A stretch of DNA of 64,000 nucleotides, taken from Gracilinanus agilis. Taxonomy: Eukaryota. The position numbers and the translations under genes are program-made. The notes under the pieces were generated by a model. The model was not told where the DNA came from, ran no database searches, and worked only from the letters and a program-made list of their open reading frames with translations. Each line of letters starts with the position of its first letter. Position 1 is the stretch's first letter. Where the stretch lies: positions 583,183,999 through 583,247,998 of the forward strand of contig NC_058131.1 of the NCBI RefSeq assembly GCF_016433145.1, given 5' to 3'. Shown here in pieces: positions 37,401 to 51,657 of this stretch.

Positions 37401-37959
37401 AGGATTGAAGATTTAAATCTGGAAGGAATTTTTAAGGTTTATCTAGATGAAATCCTTCACTTCATAGTTTGGGAAATGGAGTCCAAAGTACTCATGTAAC
37501 TTGCCCAAAGTCACACAGTTATTGAAAAGCAACTTAAGATGTGCATTATGCAATTACCTTATTAAATATAAAATTGTAAATATTCTATCTGTAAAAGTGC
37601 AAACTTGATATAGTTATCTCTAAATGTAATTATGAATATTTGTGGGGGGCATTCTGTAAGCATTAAAAGAATATAGCGAGACCACATAGGCTTATTATTT
37701 AATCTGCAAGATTTCATATTAGACAACTTTTTAAATATAAATAACATTTTAATGAAATAAATTATAATTTGGAAGACATTTCAAAATAACATATTATATG
37801 TAAACTTAAAAGTTTTGAACATGGTCTATATTTGGTTTAACACCAGATACAATCTTAATTTGATTCTGCACTGAATTTCCACATTTGATTTAAAAGAGCA
37901 AAGTAAAAATTATTGCTCACGCAAATATATGGTAGAAAATAGTGGTTTGTGTGTTTATA

Positions 37960-38200
37960 TGCAGTCATTTTCATTCATATCTGATTTTTTGTGTTCCCAT
38001 TTGGAATTTTCTTGACAGATATTGGAATGGCTTGCTATATCAGTATTCATTTCATTTTACAGATGAGGAACCTGAAGCAGAGTTAAGTGACTTGCCTAGG
38101 GTCACACAAATAATAAGTGTCTCCAGTCACTTGAACTGAGGAAAATAAGTTATCCTGCCTCTAGGCTCAGCACATTATTGACTATGCCACCTAGCTTCCC
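37960..38200 (-). mobile_element. MAR1/MIR core-SINE
   Basis: cattttacagatgaggaacctgaagc core. Confidence 0.75.
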
Positions 38201-38354
38201 CAGTTAGAAAATACTAGGAAATGGAAATTCATTTAATTATTTTTACCCAACTAGCCCATCAGTGAAAATGAATAGGTGGTTAAACAACTATAAATTTTTT
38301 TTTCTGCTATCCAATGACAAGTGCTGTATTTAATGATAAATGTATTTCAGGGGA

Positions 38355-38530
38355 TCTAGGTAACACAGTGAAGAGAATTAGCCCTGGAGCCAAGAGGTTC
38401 TGGGTTCAAATCTAGCCTGATACTTCTTGACTGTATGACCCTGGGCAAGTCACTTAACCCTGATTGCCTAACTCTTCTGCTCTTCTGTCTTAGATTTGAT
38501 CCTAAAACAGAAGTTAAGGGTTTTAAAAAA
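38355..38530 (+). mobile_element. Older SINE1-type SINE
   Basis: gaccctgggcaagtcacttaaccc...agttaagggtttt. Confidence 0.8.
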
Positions 38531-39389
38531 TAAATGTTCTTCAAGGTCAGTTGCATATCGCTTTTTAAAATTTTCCTTTAAGACATTATTTTTCTTCCAA
38601 GGATTGCTAGCTGCAACCATAAATTTATACATGTTGTCTTCTTGTTCTCTTTAGAATATTTTTATGATTACTTTTTGGCCCATGACTGATTTAAAGTATG
38701 TCTCATTCTGGTCTTTTTTTTTTTGTTGTTCCTTATTTTCTGTTATTGTTGTTACTGTCATATGTGCATTATGGACTTGAAAATATTTGAATGTTTCTGC
38801 ATATTTATTCTGAGTATTGAAGCCCTAGCACGTAAACAGTTTTAATAAAAGTATCATAGCAAAAATTAACACGCTTTGTAAAATATTAAAGCCAAAAATA
38901 ACCCCATATTTAGTTTTTCAGCATTCTATTGAGCTCTGTAATTTTCTTTCCACTTCTAATTATATTTATCAAATCCTAAAAAAGGGATATTAAAGTCTCT
39001 ATAAGTATTATGCAGTTTTTTTTTCATTTCAGTTAGCTTTCCCTTTAAGTACTTAAGGCACTATGCAATTGGATCTTCATTTCATAAAGTATAATTATCT
39101 ATGGTGCTTGAAAATATAATATTTTCTGTACAATATATATATTCTCTTCCTTCTTAGGGAGGAAGGTGATGAGAAGATGAGAGAACATGGATCACAGAAT
39201 GTCAGAAAACAATTATTTAAAATTGCATCAAATGTAAGGAAAAAGAAAAAAGATAATTCAAAAAATTTCCCTGTTTGCCTCATCAAAAGCTGACTGCAAG
39301 AATCAAGGTTACAATTATTTTTCCTGTCTCAAATTCTATTACCTTAAAAAAAAAACACAGCACTTAGGTTCTTTTGATTCATTTTAAAG

Positions 39390-40510
39390 ATTCCTTTGAG
39401 AAAATTACAAAATATAAAATGAATAACTTTGATTACATTAAATTAAAAAGGTTTTGTACAAACAAAATCAATGCAACCAAAATTAGAAGGAAAGCAACAA
39501 ATTGGGGGGAAATTTTTAAATAAAAACCTTTGATAAAGGTTTCATTTCTCAAATTTATGAGGAACTAAATCAATTGTATGAAAAAAAATCAAGCTATTCT
39601 CCAATTGATAAATGGGCAAGGGACTGAATAGCCAGTTTTCAGAGAAGGAAATCAATAAACACATGAAAGTGTTCTAAATCTCTCATTATTAGAGAAATGC
39701 ACATCAAAACAACTGAGGTAGCACCTCACACCTAGCAGATTGGCCAATATGACAGCAACGTAATAAATGTTGAAGAGAATGGGGGAAAATTGGGACACTA
39801 ATGCATTGCTGGTGGAGTTGTGAATCGATCCAACCATTCTGGAAGGCAATTTGGAATTATGTTCAAAGAGCTTTAAAAGAATGCCTGCCCTTTCATCCAG
39901 CCATACCACCATTGGATTTGTACCCCAAAGAGATAAGGAAAAATACTTGTACAGAAATATTCATAGCCATGCTCTTTGTGGTGGCAAAAAATTGAAAAAT
40001 GAGGGGGTGTCCATCGGCTGGAGAATGGCTTAACAAATTAGAATACTATTGCGTTCAAAGGAATAATAAACTGGAGGAATTCCATGTGAAATGGAAAGAC
40101 CTATAGGAATTGATGCAGAGCCAAAAGGAGCAGAACCAGAACATTGTACACAGAGACTGATATATATAGCACAATCAAATGCAATGGTCTCCTCTACTAG
40201 CAGCAATGCAATGACCCAGGACATTTGTGAGGGACTTATGAAAAAGAACACTATCCACATCAAGAAAGAACTGTGGCAGCAGAAATGCAGAAGAAAAACA
40301 TATGATTGGCCACATGGTTCAATGGGGATACGATTAGGGATGTTGACTTTAAATGATCGCTCTATTGCAAATAGCAATAATATGGAAATGTTTTGAACAA
40401 TGATACATGTAAAACCTAGTGGAATTACTCATTGGCTCTGGGAGGGGGAAGGAAGATGAATCATGTAACCATGGAAAAATATTCTAAATTAAGAAAAATT
40501 AAAAACAAAG
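39390..40510 (+). mobile_element. L1 (end of ORF2 plus 3'UTR)
   Basis: gattacattaaattaaaaaggttttgtaca...cacctcacacctagcagattgg...3'UTR and A-tail. Confidence 0.9.
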
Positions 40511-41093
40511 AATTCTTTGAATGAGTCTTCCTAAATCTATCATCTCCACTATTTGAATAACTTATTAATAGCTCCCCACTCCATTAAAAATTATATTATC
40601 CAGTTCTTTCCCTCCCACACTCTATCCTCTAGGAAACTTCTGATACCCCTTTAGAGATTTCACCCATGAACCATCTTTTTTAACAAGGTGAGACTTTTAC
40701 AAGACATTAACTTTGTCTTCTTTTACCATGTAAACACTAATTTTTCCTGGTCTTTGCTTGGACTTTTAAATTTTGTACTTATTTTCTCTAATGAATTAAG
40801 AAAAAAAATTTAAGTCCTCGTTTCCCCTAGTTTCTTTATTAAGAATGATATAAATTCCTTACTATCTGCATCCCCACCCATTTCCCCACACACACACACA
40901 GTGCAAGTTACATTTGGTCTAAGAGGATTTTTTTGAATGCAAGATTTTTTTTAATCTTTTTTTCCCCACAGTATCATATTCCAGTTCTAATTTCTTACAA
41001 TCAGCATCTAATTCGAAGGACTTATCTTTGATGTGTGAATACTTGCAATATTTTTTCATTAATGAAAAACTTCTGGAGCTTGGTGATTACATT

Positions 41094-41222
41094 AAAAAAA
41101 AATTTTAGACCCTTACCTTCCATCTTGGAGTCAATACTGTGTATTGGCTCCAAGGCAGAAGAGTGGCAAGGGTAGGCAATGGGGGGGTCAAGTGACTTGC
41201 CCAGGGTCACACAGCTGGAAAA
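41094..41222 (-). mobile_element. 5'-truncated SINE1_Mdo-type SINE
   Basis: TSD tggtgattacatt. Confidence 0.88.
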
Positions 41223-44200
41223 TGTGGTGATTACATTTAAAAGGTGATTTATACTTGAGGTTATTTTCTGGTGGTGATCTATGGATTCTACTGACCTATA
41301 TTTTGTGTTGTTTCCAATTATTCTGAACAATTTCAGGGTTTTGTCCCATTGTGCTTTTCTGAGAGAGAAATAATAATCATCAAGATTGTCATGGTCAAGG
41401 TTAATTTCCTTGGCTTATAGGAATTTCAAATGTTCCTTCAATTTTGCTCTAATACTTCTTTGCTGTGTTTCATTTGTGCATTTTGTTTCTCCCATTCATT
41501 TTCAGGTAAACCGCCATTTTAAATTCACCACCCTTGGTTATAAAAGGTCCCTAACTTTGTTCTAACTTTAATTTTCAAACTAAATTTTTTCAGACACTGG
41601 GATTTCTTGCAGTTTTTACATTTGCATTAGTAAAATTCTAACTGCAGTTATTGCAGCATTATGTCCTTCTAATAAGAGTTACCATCTTTAGTGACTTATT
41701 TGTTCCCACAACCCTGGGAGGTTGTTATCCCCATCTTATATTGAGAAAACTGAGGGACCGGATGTTAAGTGATTTGCTCAAGGTCACAATGCTACTGTCT
41801 GAGGTAGGACTTTCACTCAGTCTTCTTGACTCCAAGCCTAGTACTCCCAGTGCAGTACCACTTTTATGGTTACTATTGCTATCTTTTTGCTTACTCATTT
41901 GTTCAGCTTGTATTGGCTTTTCTGCCTAAATTTCCATGGGAAAAATTTATTTTCAGCTTCGTTTTTATTATTCTTTTATTTTACTAAGGTAGGATTCAAA
42001 AGGACCACTTATTCAGTCATTTTCCAATGTCCATCAATCACCAATTTCTTACATATGCTCTATATCATTTATTGGTAATATGATACATGCTCCTCATAGC
42101 CACCATATATTTCTGCATAACCCTTTGAATTAGCCAGGCTTTCGGTTCTTCAGATATGTCATTTTTAAAGGCTAGAACAACATTGAAGTTGCTGTGTCAT
42201 GAGCAGCTTAGGACTGGAAAGGTCACCTCTTATTGTTTGTGATGGTCTGTTTATTTAATAAAGATTTTTAAAGCAGGTAAATTGAAGGCAATAGTTACTT
42301 TCTTTTTGACAGCAATATTTTCTTTTTCTATTCTTTTTCTACTTTTTTTCATTCTGGAGTTCTTATGAAGTGATTATACTAGCTAATATTCATATGGTAC
42401 CTTTAAGGTTTGCAGAGTACATTTATATAATCATTTCATTTGATTTCAAATAACCCTTAATGTTCTCGAAATTTGTGTCACTTCCATCATTACAGATTGA
42501 AATTAGCAGGGCAACAAATAGATGAAAAATGGAACGGATGTCAGTGTTTCTAAAATAAACTAATTTCATTATTAATGAACCATGTGTACTCATTGCTATA
42601 TGAAGAAGTAGATATAACATTTAGATCAGTGAATCATTAAGAATGCCTAAACAAGGATAGAGGAAAACCATTTTAGAAGTAATAATCTTGGAAACTTTGC
42701 ACATAGTAAATTTCTGAAACTTTGTATCTCTTGGTAGACTTTTGACTTTCAGATGCTTTTGTCCACACTCGTGAAAATACTGCTTACACAAATTCAGGTC
42801 TCTATTAGGGAATTATCTATGATCTATTAGCAATGATACTAACCATTGCTACCAAATTAATCCAGGGTCAATCCTGAATGAAATTAAAGAGTCATCTATT
42901 CATATTAGATATTGTACTTGGGATCCATGCCTGTTAGTAGTTAGGGGCTGGCAAACAAGGGAGGAACTCCCATGCACAAAGACAAGCATGATCTAAAGCA
43001 AAATCCAAACAAGAATATAAACCAAATGCTAAGCTAAGAAGTTATTGATAACACTAAGTCCAATGGGCCAAGATAGTGGCAGGAAACTTGGGGTTATAAG
43101 CCAGTGAAATATGCTTTCCTAAGACAATGACTTCCAGAGATTTTGTTATTCTTAATGACTTGTGAGCATTCCTTGTGTAAGCTACAGAATCTTATATCTC
43201 ACCTAAATATCATTTGTGAGGAAAACATCTCATTATCTTTATAGCTATTCTCAGAGATCTGCATATTTTAAACAATCTAAATGTATGTGCAAATGATAAG
43301 TTTCAATTGACCATTATTCAGTATTTAAAATGCAAAGATATTTTCTATTCATAGAAAAAATTTGCATCATTGAACTCATGATCCATTTTTCTGCCAGGTA
43401 TCCTATGTTAAAGTATCAAAGTTGGCCACCTTTTAGATTACTACAGATAAAGACACTGAGACCCTGAGAAGTGCTACTTTTCAAGTTCTTTTAGAATGAT
43501 TGTTGTCCTCAAAAGATGAAAATAGGAACAAAGAGTTTGAAATCATAGTACAAGAAACTGCACTGACATTTCCCCTTAGTGTAAGGGCAAACTAACAGTG
43601 AGCTCCCCAAATATGGAATGAACTCTCGTGCAGAGTTCCCCAACACCAAAAGCTTCCAGCAGAGGCTGAATGGTAAGTTGGGGTCAAGGATGTCATAAAA
43701 GAATTCCAGGTTTCAAAGATTGCACTAAAGAATAACATCTCTTCCAACTTAGATTCTGTAATGTGCTCAAGGTGACATAGCTAATAAAGACTAGGGACTA
43801 AAATCCAAAATGAGTGTTATTTTGGAGGGAATTCTTGCTGCAAGAATCCATTTCTCTGAGATTCTGATTCCTAGTTCCATATGGTCATTCTTCCATTATT
43901 TCCTTACTTTCTTTTTATTGGTTGCCTTTATATAATATGGAATATCAAATACTTGGGGAAAAGTTTTTAATATTTCTTCTATTTCCTCACATTCTTAAAA
44001 GGAGGGCTATACATCTGAACAGATTATTTTTTTCTATGAAATATTCGGGATCACTTTTCTGATTATGCATCAATTTCTATCTCATGGAAAGTGAGTATGA
44101 AAAGGCCAAAGAGGATTATATGCTGTACTTCTTCCTGTTGTATTAATATTAAAATTTTCTCCCAAAAACAACTTTTTCTCTTGAAAAAATATCTTCTGAA

Positions 44201-44724
44201 GAATCTCATTGAACATAAGATTCATTTTTAATTTCAAGTCTGTTTATAATAAAAAAAGAATTCCATGAACAAATTTTTATTCTTCTTAACTCCAAAAGCA
44301 GTATGTAATAATCAGGTAAGAAGTGAACACACTAAATCAAAATGACTAATATTATCTCTAAAATTTCCCTTTCTACTACTGCATAAAAGAAGATGTAGAT
44401 TCACTATTTATGTGGTTAGTCACATCTCTCCAGTTTACATAAAATTTGCACGTAAGGAAAATACAGTCGTACACCTACATCATGAATAGGAGAAATTTTT
44501 ACATCAGATAAAAACATAGCAGGTATTTAGAATTTTTATCTTAAGTGGAAGATATTAGTCTAATGCTGAATGAGAAGGAAATTGTTTAAGTGGTTTGGTG
44601 AAGATAGTGTAATGTCAGAGGTTGATTTTGTGAAGGATAAATTTGAGAAATTGAGGAAAATTGTAAGAATAACCTCCGGGCTCAAACACTGGTTCAGATT
44701 TTATTTGAAAGCGGAGCAGGAGCA

Positions 44725-44880
44725 AGAATAATTCAGAAGAGTAATAGCTGGTCCTGGGTTCAAATATGGCCTCTGACACTTCCCAATTGTGGGACCTTGG
44801 GTAAATCACTTAACTTTATTTGCTTAGCCCTTCCTTGCCCTTCTGAGAGTTGTTACTAAGAGAAAAGATGTTTTTAAAAA
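44725..44880 (+). mobile_element. Older SINE1-type SINE
   Basis: ctgggttcaaatatggcctctgacacttccc. Confidence 0.75.
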
Positions 44881-45539
44881 TAATTCAAACAAATATGAAA
44901 GGATTAAGGATGAGTAGGCAACAAAAAACTGAAGTAGAAAACTCAAGAAAGGTAAGATAACTGACAAAGAAAAGTAAGAATGAAAAGTTAAGTGGATGAT
45001 TTGGAAAGTAAAACAAATTGATACTGAATTGGTGGTATGGCAATAAGAGGTATTGGGACTAAAGAAATTAATTGAAGTTAGCCAGTTTTTAAGGTGATAA
45101 CTGGCTATGAGTCTGGTCCTCAGAATTGAGGTGTATATACACAGAAAGTGTTTTAACAGGTTTTAAGCATCAATCTGTATGGAGAGTAGGGCAAAGTAGG
45201 TAGTGCCTTTGGATTGTGTACAATACTTATATTTCTCCCACAGCTGAGTGTTATTTGTGACCTGAGTGTAGACTTGAAGGAGAAGTGAAGAGACCTGAAG
45301 GATGCTTTTCCACTCTCTAGGTGGCTAGAGACAATTATCCATTTCTAAAGGAAATATGTATAATGCACTAAAGGGATCTGAGCTGAAGGAGAAACACTTG
45401 AGGATAAGAGAATTACAGAGAAAGAAAATGCTGGCTATTATATAGAGTTTTGGTTTCTTTATCTAAAAACTGTTTATATCTTTTGATGATTTATCAATTC
45501 AGATATGGCTCATATTTTTCTAATTGACAAAGTTCTCAA

Positions 45540-46370
45540 AACTATCTCTACAAAATTTTCCCCAACTTAATGCTTTTTCTTTTTAGTCTTGGTTACATTA
45601 ACTTTTAACTGTACAAAAATTTATAAACTTATTGAATTCAAAATTATCCATTTTACATCTCACAATGCTTTCTATCTTATTTATTTGTAAATTCTTCTCC
45701 TATGTGTATGTGATAGGTAATATATTCCCCGTTCTTCTAGTTAGCTCATGATGTCTAGATCATTATCCATTTTGATCTTATCTTAGTAAATGATGTATGT
45801 TATTGGTATATATCTAGTTTCTGCCAGATCGTCTCCCCAAAAATTTCTACCAAATAGTGAAATGGAAACACTAAAACACTATGGTGGAATTGTGAAATGA
45901 TTTTGGAGAGCACTCTGGAATTATGCTCAAAGAGTAACAAATCTGTGATTACTTTTTGACACAGCAATACCACATTAGGTTTATTTCCTAAGTTGATCAG
46001 GGATAAAGGAAAAGAACCTTAATGTTCTAAAATATTTATAGAAGCTCTTTTAAGGGATATCCATCATTTGGGAAATGGCTAAACAAGTTGTGGCACAGGA
46101 TTGTGGTGGAATACGACTGTGCTGTAAGAAATGACAACATTTCAGGTTCAAAATTAACAGCAGGTTAATTTTGGAACAACTAAAAAGACTCAAAATTATC
46201 AAAAGTGAAACAAGCAGAACCAAGAGAGTATGATATACACAGCAACAGAAATGTTTTTTGAAGAAGGACTTGTGTATGTCCACCTCCAAAAAGAATAGAA
46301 ATGACATTGTTATATACAAATATCTTTTTGTCACATGATTTTTTCCTCTAATGGAAAGTGGGGAAGACAG
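45540..46370. mobile_element. L1 fragments in opposite orientation (minus ~45540-45858, plus ~45860-46370)
   Basis: Reverse L1 ORF2 text abuts forward L1 C-terminal/3'UTR text. Confidence 0.65.
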
Positions 46371-46459
46371 TGCATCAGGTCTAGAGTTGGGAAGACCTGG
46401 GTTCAAATCTGACCTCAGACACTTCCTTGCTGTATGACCTTGGAAGAGTCACTTCACCA

Positions 46460-49400
46460 TCAGGTTAGACCTAGAGTATTAGAAGAAAAGCAGTAGTATC
46501 AACTTATGATCCAGTGCTCAGAGGAAATGAGAAAACTTATCAACCTGAGAGCAACAGAGAGGGCTATGGTATTCCCAAATATCTGCCCTAGACAAAAAAA
46601 AAATGCTACCAGAGCCCACTTTGGAGCATGAAGACCCTTCATTAAGCAAATGACATTGTCAAAAGGAACCTAAAAAGTATTAAAATCATTATGAAGTACT
46701 GAATAAGAAACTGATGACCAAAGAGGCATAGGATCTTTTTTCATCAATGCTGTCTACCGAAGTCAAGGAATTCAGAAGAGAAATTTAATTTGTAAGTGAG
46801 AAGACAAAGATACTGAGATCCTGATTTCTGGGATTCAGCTTACTTGCCACAGATGGAATACAACTAGTTTGGTAAGAATTTATTTGCTTAGTGACTTTCA
46901 AATCTAATCACAGGCTGTAAATAAATAGGATGAGAGAGAATGTCTATCCCCAAGCAATCTACTAATCTACTATAAAGGGTAGCTACAAAAATAGCTCCCA
47001 AGACAGCCAGAAGGTCTTGGGAGACAAAATTTTAAAATAGACATTAATAAAATCCATGGCCTTCTAAAAAGTCTATACACAAGTACCTGAAGATTAGACG
47101 ATAAGCAAGGAGAACAGGGCAGCTGGGTGGCTCAGTAGATTGAGAGCCAAGTCTAAAGATGGGAGGTCCTAGGTTCAAATTTGGCCTCAGACTCCTAGTT
47201 GTGTGACCCTGGGCAAGTCACTTGACCCCAATTGCCTAGCCCTTACCACTCTTCTGCCTTGGAACCAATACACAGTATTGATTCTAAGATAGAAGGTAAG
47301 GTTTTTAAAAAATAAAATAAGCAAGGAGAACCACAAGTCCTAGGACAAAGAGAAAAATTTAAAGCCACAGGTATATCAGAGATTTGGTAGAATGAAAGCC
47401 TTGACAGGACCGTGGCTCTGAATGACTGTAATTTACCAAAACACAAATAGGATGAGTAGAATGTGGAGGTGCTAGAATGTTCTCATTAATTAAAAATGGT
47501 AGGCTCAAGTTGAGGGAAATCCTGAAACCAGAGGAGAAGCAAGATGGAAAAGAATTATTTGAGTGAAAAATCAATAAAAGGAGAAACAGAAGTGATTTTT
47601 TTCAAATGTATAAATGCTACAGATCATATGAACAAAAGAAACAAAAAAAAATAAGTTAGAGGAATAGATCACAAGCTTCACACAGAGCAATGTGGTAATA
47701 AGAGATAATTTTCTTGGAATCTATTTAAGAAATAAATTGATCATTCATAAGGTAGAGATATCAAATGGGAGAATTACTATTCATTGAGGGAAGTGACCAT
47801 TCCCTGAAGGATGAGATGGAACAGAAGAAATCCAAGTATACTTTTTGACTGGTAAACTAGATTTTGGGAAAGCAGATTTTAAAGGGGTTAGAGGAAAAAT
47901 AGTTAGAATGCCATAAACTAAAATGTTACAAGGTAAGTTAGTCCAGAGTGAATGAGAAATGCTCTAGAATTAAATTTTTTTAGATATTACCAATGAGGGA
48001 AAAAAATGCAATTGGTCAGAAGAGAATGATATGGATGCTCAGCAGATTGGGCCTTATCACATGAGGAAGAGCGCAAATCAGTCTTTCAAACTGTTTGGCA
48101 TAATAGTAAATGATTTATTAATTAACAAAGGGTAAGGAGGGAGAATTTAGGAATGAGGATGCCCAAATCTCCAAGTTCTATTACTTCCCTCTTTCCTCTA
48201 CATCCATCACGAGATGGAGTCTTCCAAATCTTGAAGCTCCCTATCACTCCCTGCTTCTGGCTAAATATTCCCAAACCCTCTCTCTATGCTACCTGACAAG
48301 TTGAATAAGGGTGAACTCCAATTGATTGAGTCCACCAACGGCTGGACTGGGCCTGAGGCAAACACCTCAGCCCTCACACACCAACAGACTTAGGATGACA
48401 CTTCTCAGTCAGGGTTGACAGTAAAGAGGTCTTCTTTAAGGTTTCTTCTGTGGAAAATGTACTTCCAAAAAGAAATTGAAAGCTTTCCCTTCTCTCACAA
48501 ACAGGCTTGGATAGAAAAGGTCAGCAGTGAGCAGGTCCTTTCTCTCAGGCTTCAGGACAGAAAGAGAGAGAAGTGACCATTGTACCTTCAAAACTCTCCC
48601 TCCTCTTTCCCCTGCATTCCAGAATCTTCTCTTCAGAGTTCCTAGCATGTGCCCATGCTAGCCTCTGCAAGACAACCTTAAACATCACTTAAACTTACTC
48701 TTATTTTTATAATCCTGTCTCTACAACTCAAATATATAAAGACGCAAAGCAAGGTAGCAGAGGGATAAATGCATAAAGAAGTATGGCATGATCATATAAA
48801 AATAGAGAGTAGTGTTAAAATACTGAATGATTTGAGTGAGAGGAAAGAGTATAAAGACAACAAAAAGGTTTGGGTTTTTTAAAGCAATACTGGTTCAAAG
48901 AATGGGATAAAGAAAGAATAGGACTTCTTCTAAATGGATGAATCTTATGAGAGAATACCAATTTAAATAATTTCCCCACCCCAATTTCCTGTTTAACCTT
49001 GGAAGTGAAAAAACAAATGTAACTAATAAGGAATTGAAAGCCAAGATAAAGTAATAGTTAGGGGAGCACCTACTTGCTTCTAATGGATTCAAATCACCTG
49101 ACCCACATACCCTGCATTCTTACATACTAAAAAACTTGGTAAATAATTGCTGAGCCACTGTCAATGATATTTGAAAGATCATGGAAAATGGAAAAGGTAC
49201 TCCAAGAAGGAAGACTAAATGGAAATGACAGAGTGTTGGGCCTGATGTCTAGAAGATGAGTTCAAATCTGGGCTCAGATACTAGTTTTATGAGCTTAGGC
49301 ATGTCATTTGCCTCAATTTCCTCAACTGTAAAATGAAGATTATAACAGCACCTATTTCACAGGCTTGTTGTGAGGATATATACACACACATACATATAAA

Positions 49401-50720
49401 TAAATATATATAAAAAGATAATAGGGTTAAAAAATTAAAAAACTAAAAAGAATAGAATCATATGCAATAATCTAGTGAACTGGACTAATAATACCAGGAA
49501 AATTCTAGAACAGATCATCACTAAAGAGATGGAGATCAAACATTTAGGGAATTATAAAGAGAGCGTTTCCAAAGAAAAGGTCAAGTTCAGTTACCATACA
49601 TTCCTTTTTTTTTTTTGGACATGATTAGTAAATTAGTAGATGTGGTAAATACTACAGATTTAGGTTTACCAATGATTTGATAAAAGTTTCTCAAGTTAAT
49701 GTCATGTGAAAGATGTAGACTAGATGATGATACAATTAGATTAAATAAAAACCAACAATTAGATAATACAATTAATTCAAAACTAGTTGGATGACCAGAG
49801 TCAACAAATAGTTAATGGTTCAATATTAATGTGGCAAGAGGTCGCCAAAGAAGTACCTCAAGGATTTGTGCTATTTACAGTTTTGCAAATGACAAATGCA
49901 TAAAAGGTATGCTCAAAATCCAATGTTAACACAAAGCTGAGAGGGACAGCATACTAAACAACTGTCAGGATCTAGATAGGCAATGGGCTTGGTCTTCAAA
50001 AAGGATAATGGGTTACGTTACATTGCAATTAAAAATTCACAGCTATTAGCATGGTTTGGAAAGAGTTCTAAAAAAGATCTAGAGATTTTAGTGCACTGCA
50101 AACTTAGTGAGTAAAGAACATGATGTGGGAAAATAATAAATGAGCTAACTTGCATTAAAAGGCACAGCTTCCTAGAAATAGGTAAGTGAAAACATTTCTG
50201 TACTCTGCCCTTTTTAGATGTCCTCTGAAATATTATGTTCAGTTCTGGGTGCTACAATTTAAGAAGGATATTGATCAACTGGAGAATGTCTTGAAGAGAG
50301 CAACCAGGATAGTGATTGAAGGGCCTTTAGTCCACATCACATGAGGATTAGTTGAAGGAAATGGGCCTCTTTAGCCTGTAATAAATAAGACTTTTTGTGG
50401 AAACATAATAACTATGTTCAAATATCTGAAGGGCTGTCAGGTGTAGAAATGATTAGACGTTTTCTGTTTGGTTGCAGAAAGTAGGAGGAGGAGGAGCAAA
50501 AGGTGAAAGCTGCAAAAAAAGGCAATTTAAGCTTGCTATTAAGAAAAAATTACTAATAGTGAGTATTGTCCAAAAGTATAATGAGATGCCCTTGAGAAGT
50601 GGTAGGTTTCACCCTCAGGCTGGTGGTCTTCAAATGGAAGCTAGATAAGTACTTCTATATGTAAAATGGAGATTGTTATTAAGAACAAGTTGTACTAGAT
50701 GGCTACTGAGGTCCTGTCTA
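46460..50720 (+). mobile_element. Long fragmented L3/CR1 remnant with younger insertions (SINE 47117-47318, LTR-like ~48045-48724, MIR 49210-49380)
   Basis: CR1 motifs tagattttgggaaagcagatttt, gctgagccactgtcaatgatatttga, aagaaggatattgatcaactggag...gagcaaccagga. Confidence 0.7.
47117..47318 (+). mobile_element. SINE1-type SINE
   Basis: Consensus match. TSD ataagcaaggagaac. Confidence 0.9.
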
Positions 50721-50867
50721 ACTTGAGATTAAGTAAAGAGAACCTACAAAAGTTTTATATTTGATGTCTGGGGGGTTTTCCTGCCAGTTACTAAATGAAG
50801 AATTAAATGAAACTAGTTTGAATATTAAATATGGACATAGAATAATAAGATACAATAACAAAAAACT

Positions 50868-50873
50868 TTTATT
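50868..50873 (-). promoter_or_regulatory. TJP1: Candidate distal polyadenylation signal (AATAAA)
   Basis: tttatt on + strand, followed on the minus strand by U/GU-rich sequence. Last hexamer before repeats resume. Confidence 0.5.
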
Positions 50874-51527
50874 TTTTATCTTAGGAAATATATAACAGAA
50901 CACCATACTAGAAAAAGTGCTAGGATTCTTTTATTCTATATGTAAAATCCCGAAGTCTGGTGAAGACTGCATCAACTTGTTACCCAAATAATGTCAGAAA
51001 TTAGTGGGTAAAGAATAAAAATAATGTATTTCTTGCCAGAGGCAAGAGGTTTAAGTGGCGATGTATCAATGTTAAGAATTTCTAAAACAGAGCCCAAGCC
51101 AGCATTTTATTATTTTAAAAAGTTTTATTCTGCTTATTTAGAAATTTGAATTTTTTAATAACTGCAAAGAAAAAAATCATCCACACCTGAAGAGCTAATA
51201 TAATTGATTAACAGAATGCAGTGGTGTATCATTCTAAACAAATAGTGCTGATGTGCCATAATAAATTGTCTATTAGTAAAAAAATACATTTTAGGGCACA
51301 TAATACAGCATCTGTATCACAAATTACAGTAGGGATACTTTTCAAGAATTTAATCAAACTAGAGAATTTTGAATAATGCATCTTTCAAATGCAGCACTTA
51401 AAAATGTAACAATTCTGCATTCTTGTTCTAAAAAATGTCCTTATATTTTTATCATAGAAATGCTGCTTTATTGCTGCAAGATGTCAAAGTTCAAGGCTCA
51501 AAAGGTATAGGAGAGAATACAAAGATA

Positions 51528-51657
51528 NNNNNNNNNNNNNNNNNNNNNNNNNNNNNNNNNNNNNNNNNNNNNNNNNNNNNNNNNNNNNNNNNNNNNNNNN
51601 NNNNNNNNNNNNNNNNNNNNNNNNNNNNNNNNNNNNNNNNNNNNNNNNNNNNNNNNN
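51528..51657. other. Assembly gap (130 N) inside the TJP1 3'UTR
   Basis: N run. Confidence 1.

Noticed and set aside
13793-46612. 16-bp match aatgctaccagagccc at ~13793 and ~46594
   Set aside because: About one such match is expected by chance in 64 kb, and there is no flanking similarity.
457-50906. Short ORFs (60-157 aa) in the intergenic part of the ORF track
   Set aside because: They overlap SINEs, L1/L2/L3, microsatellites, N-gaps or low-complexity DNA. No protein family is recognisable and no exon chain can be built.
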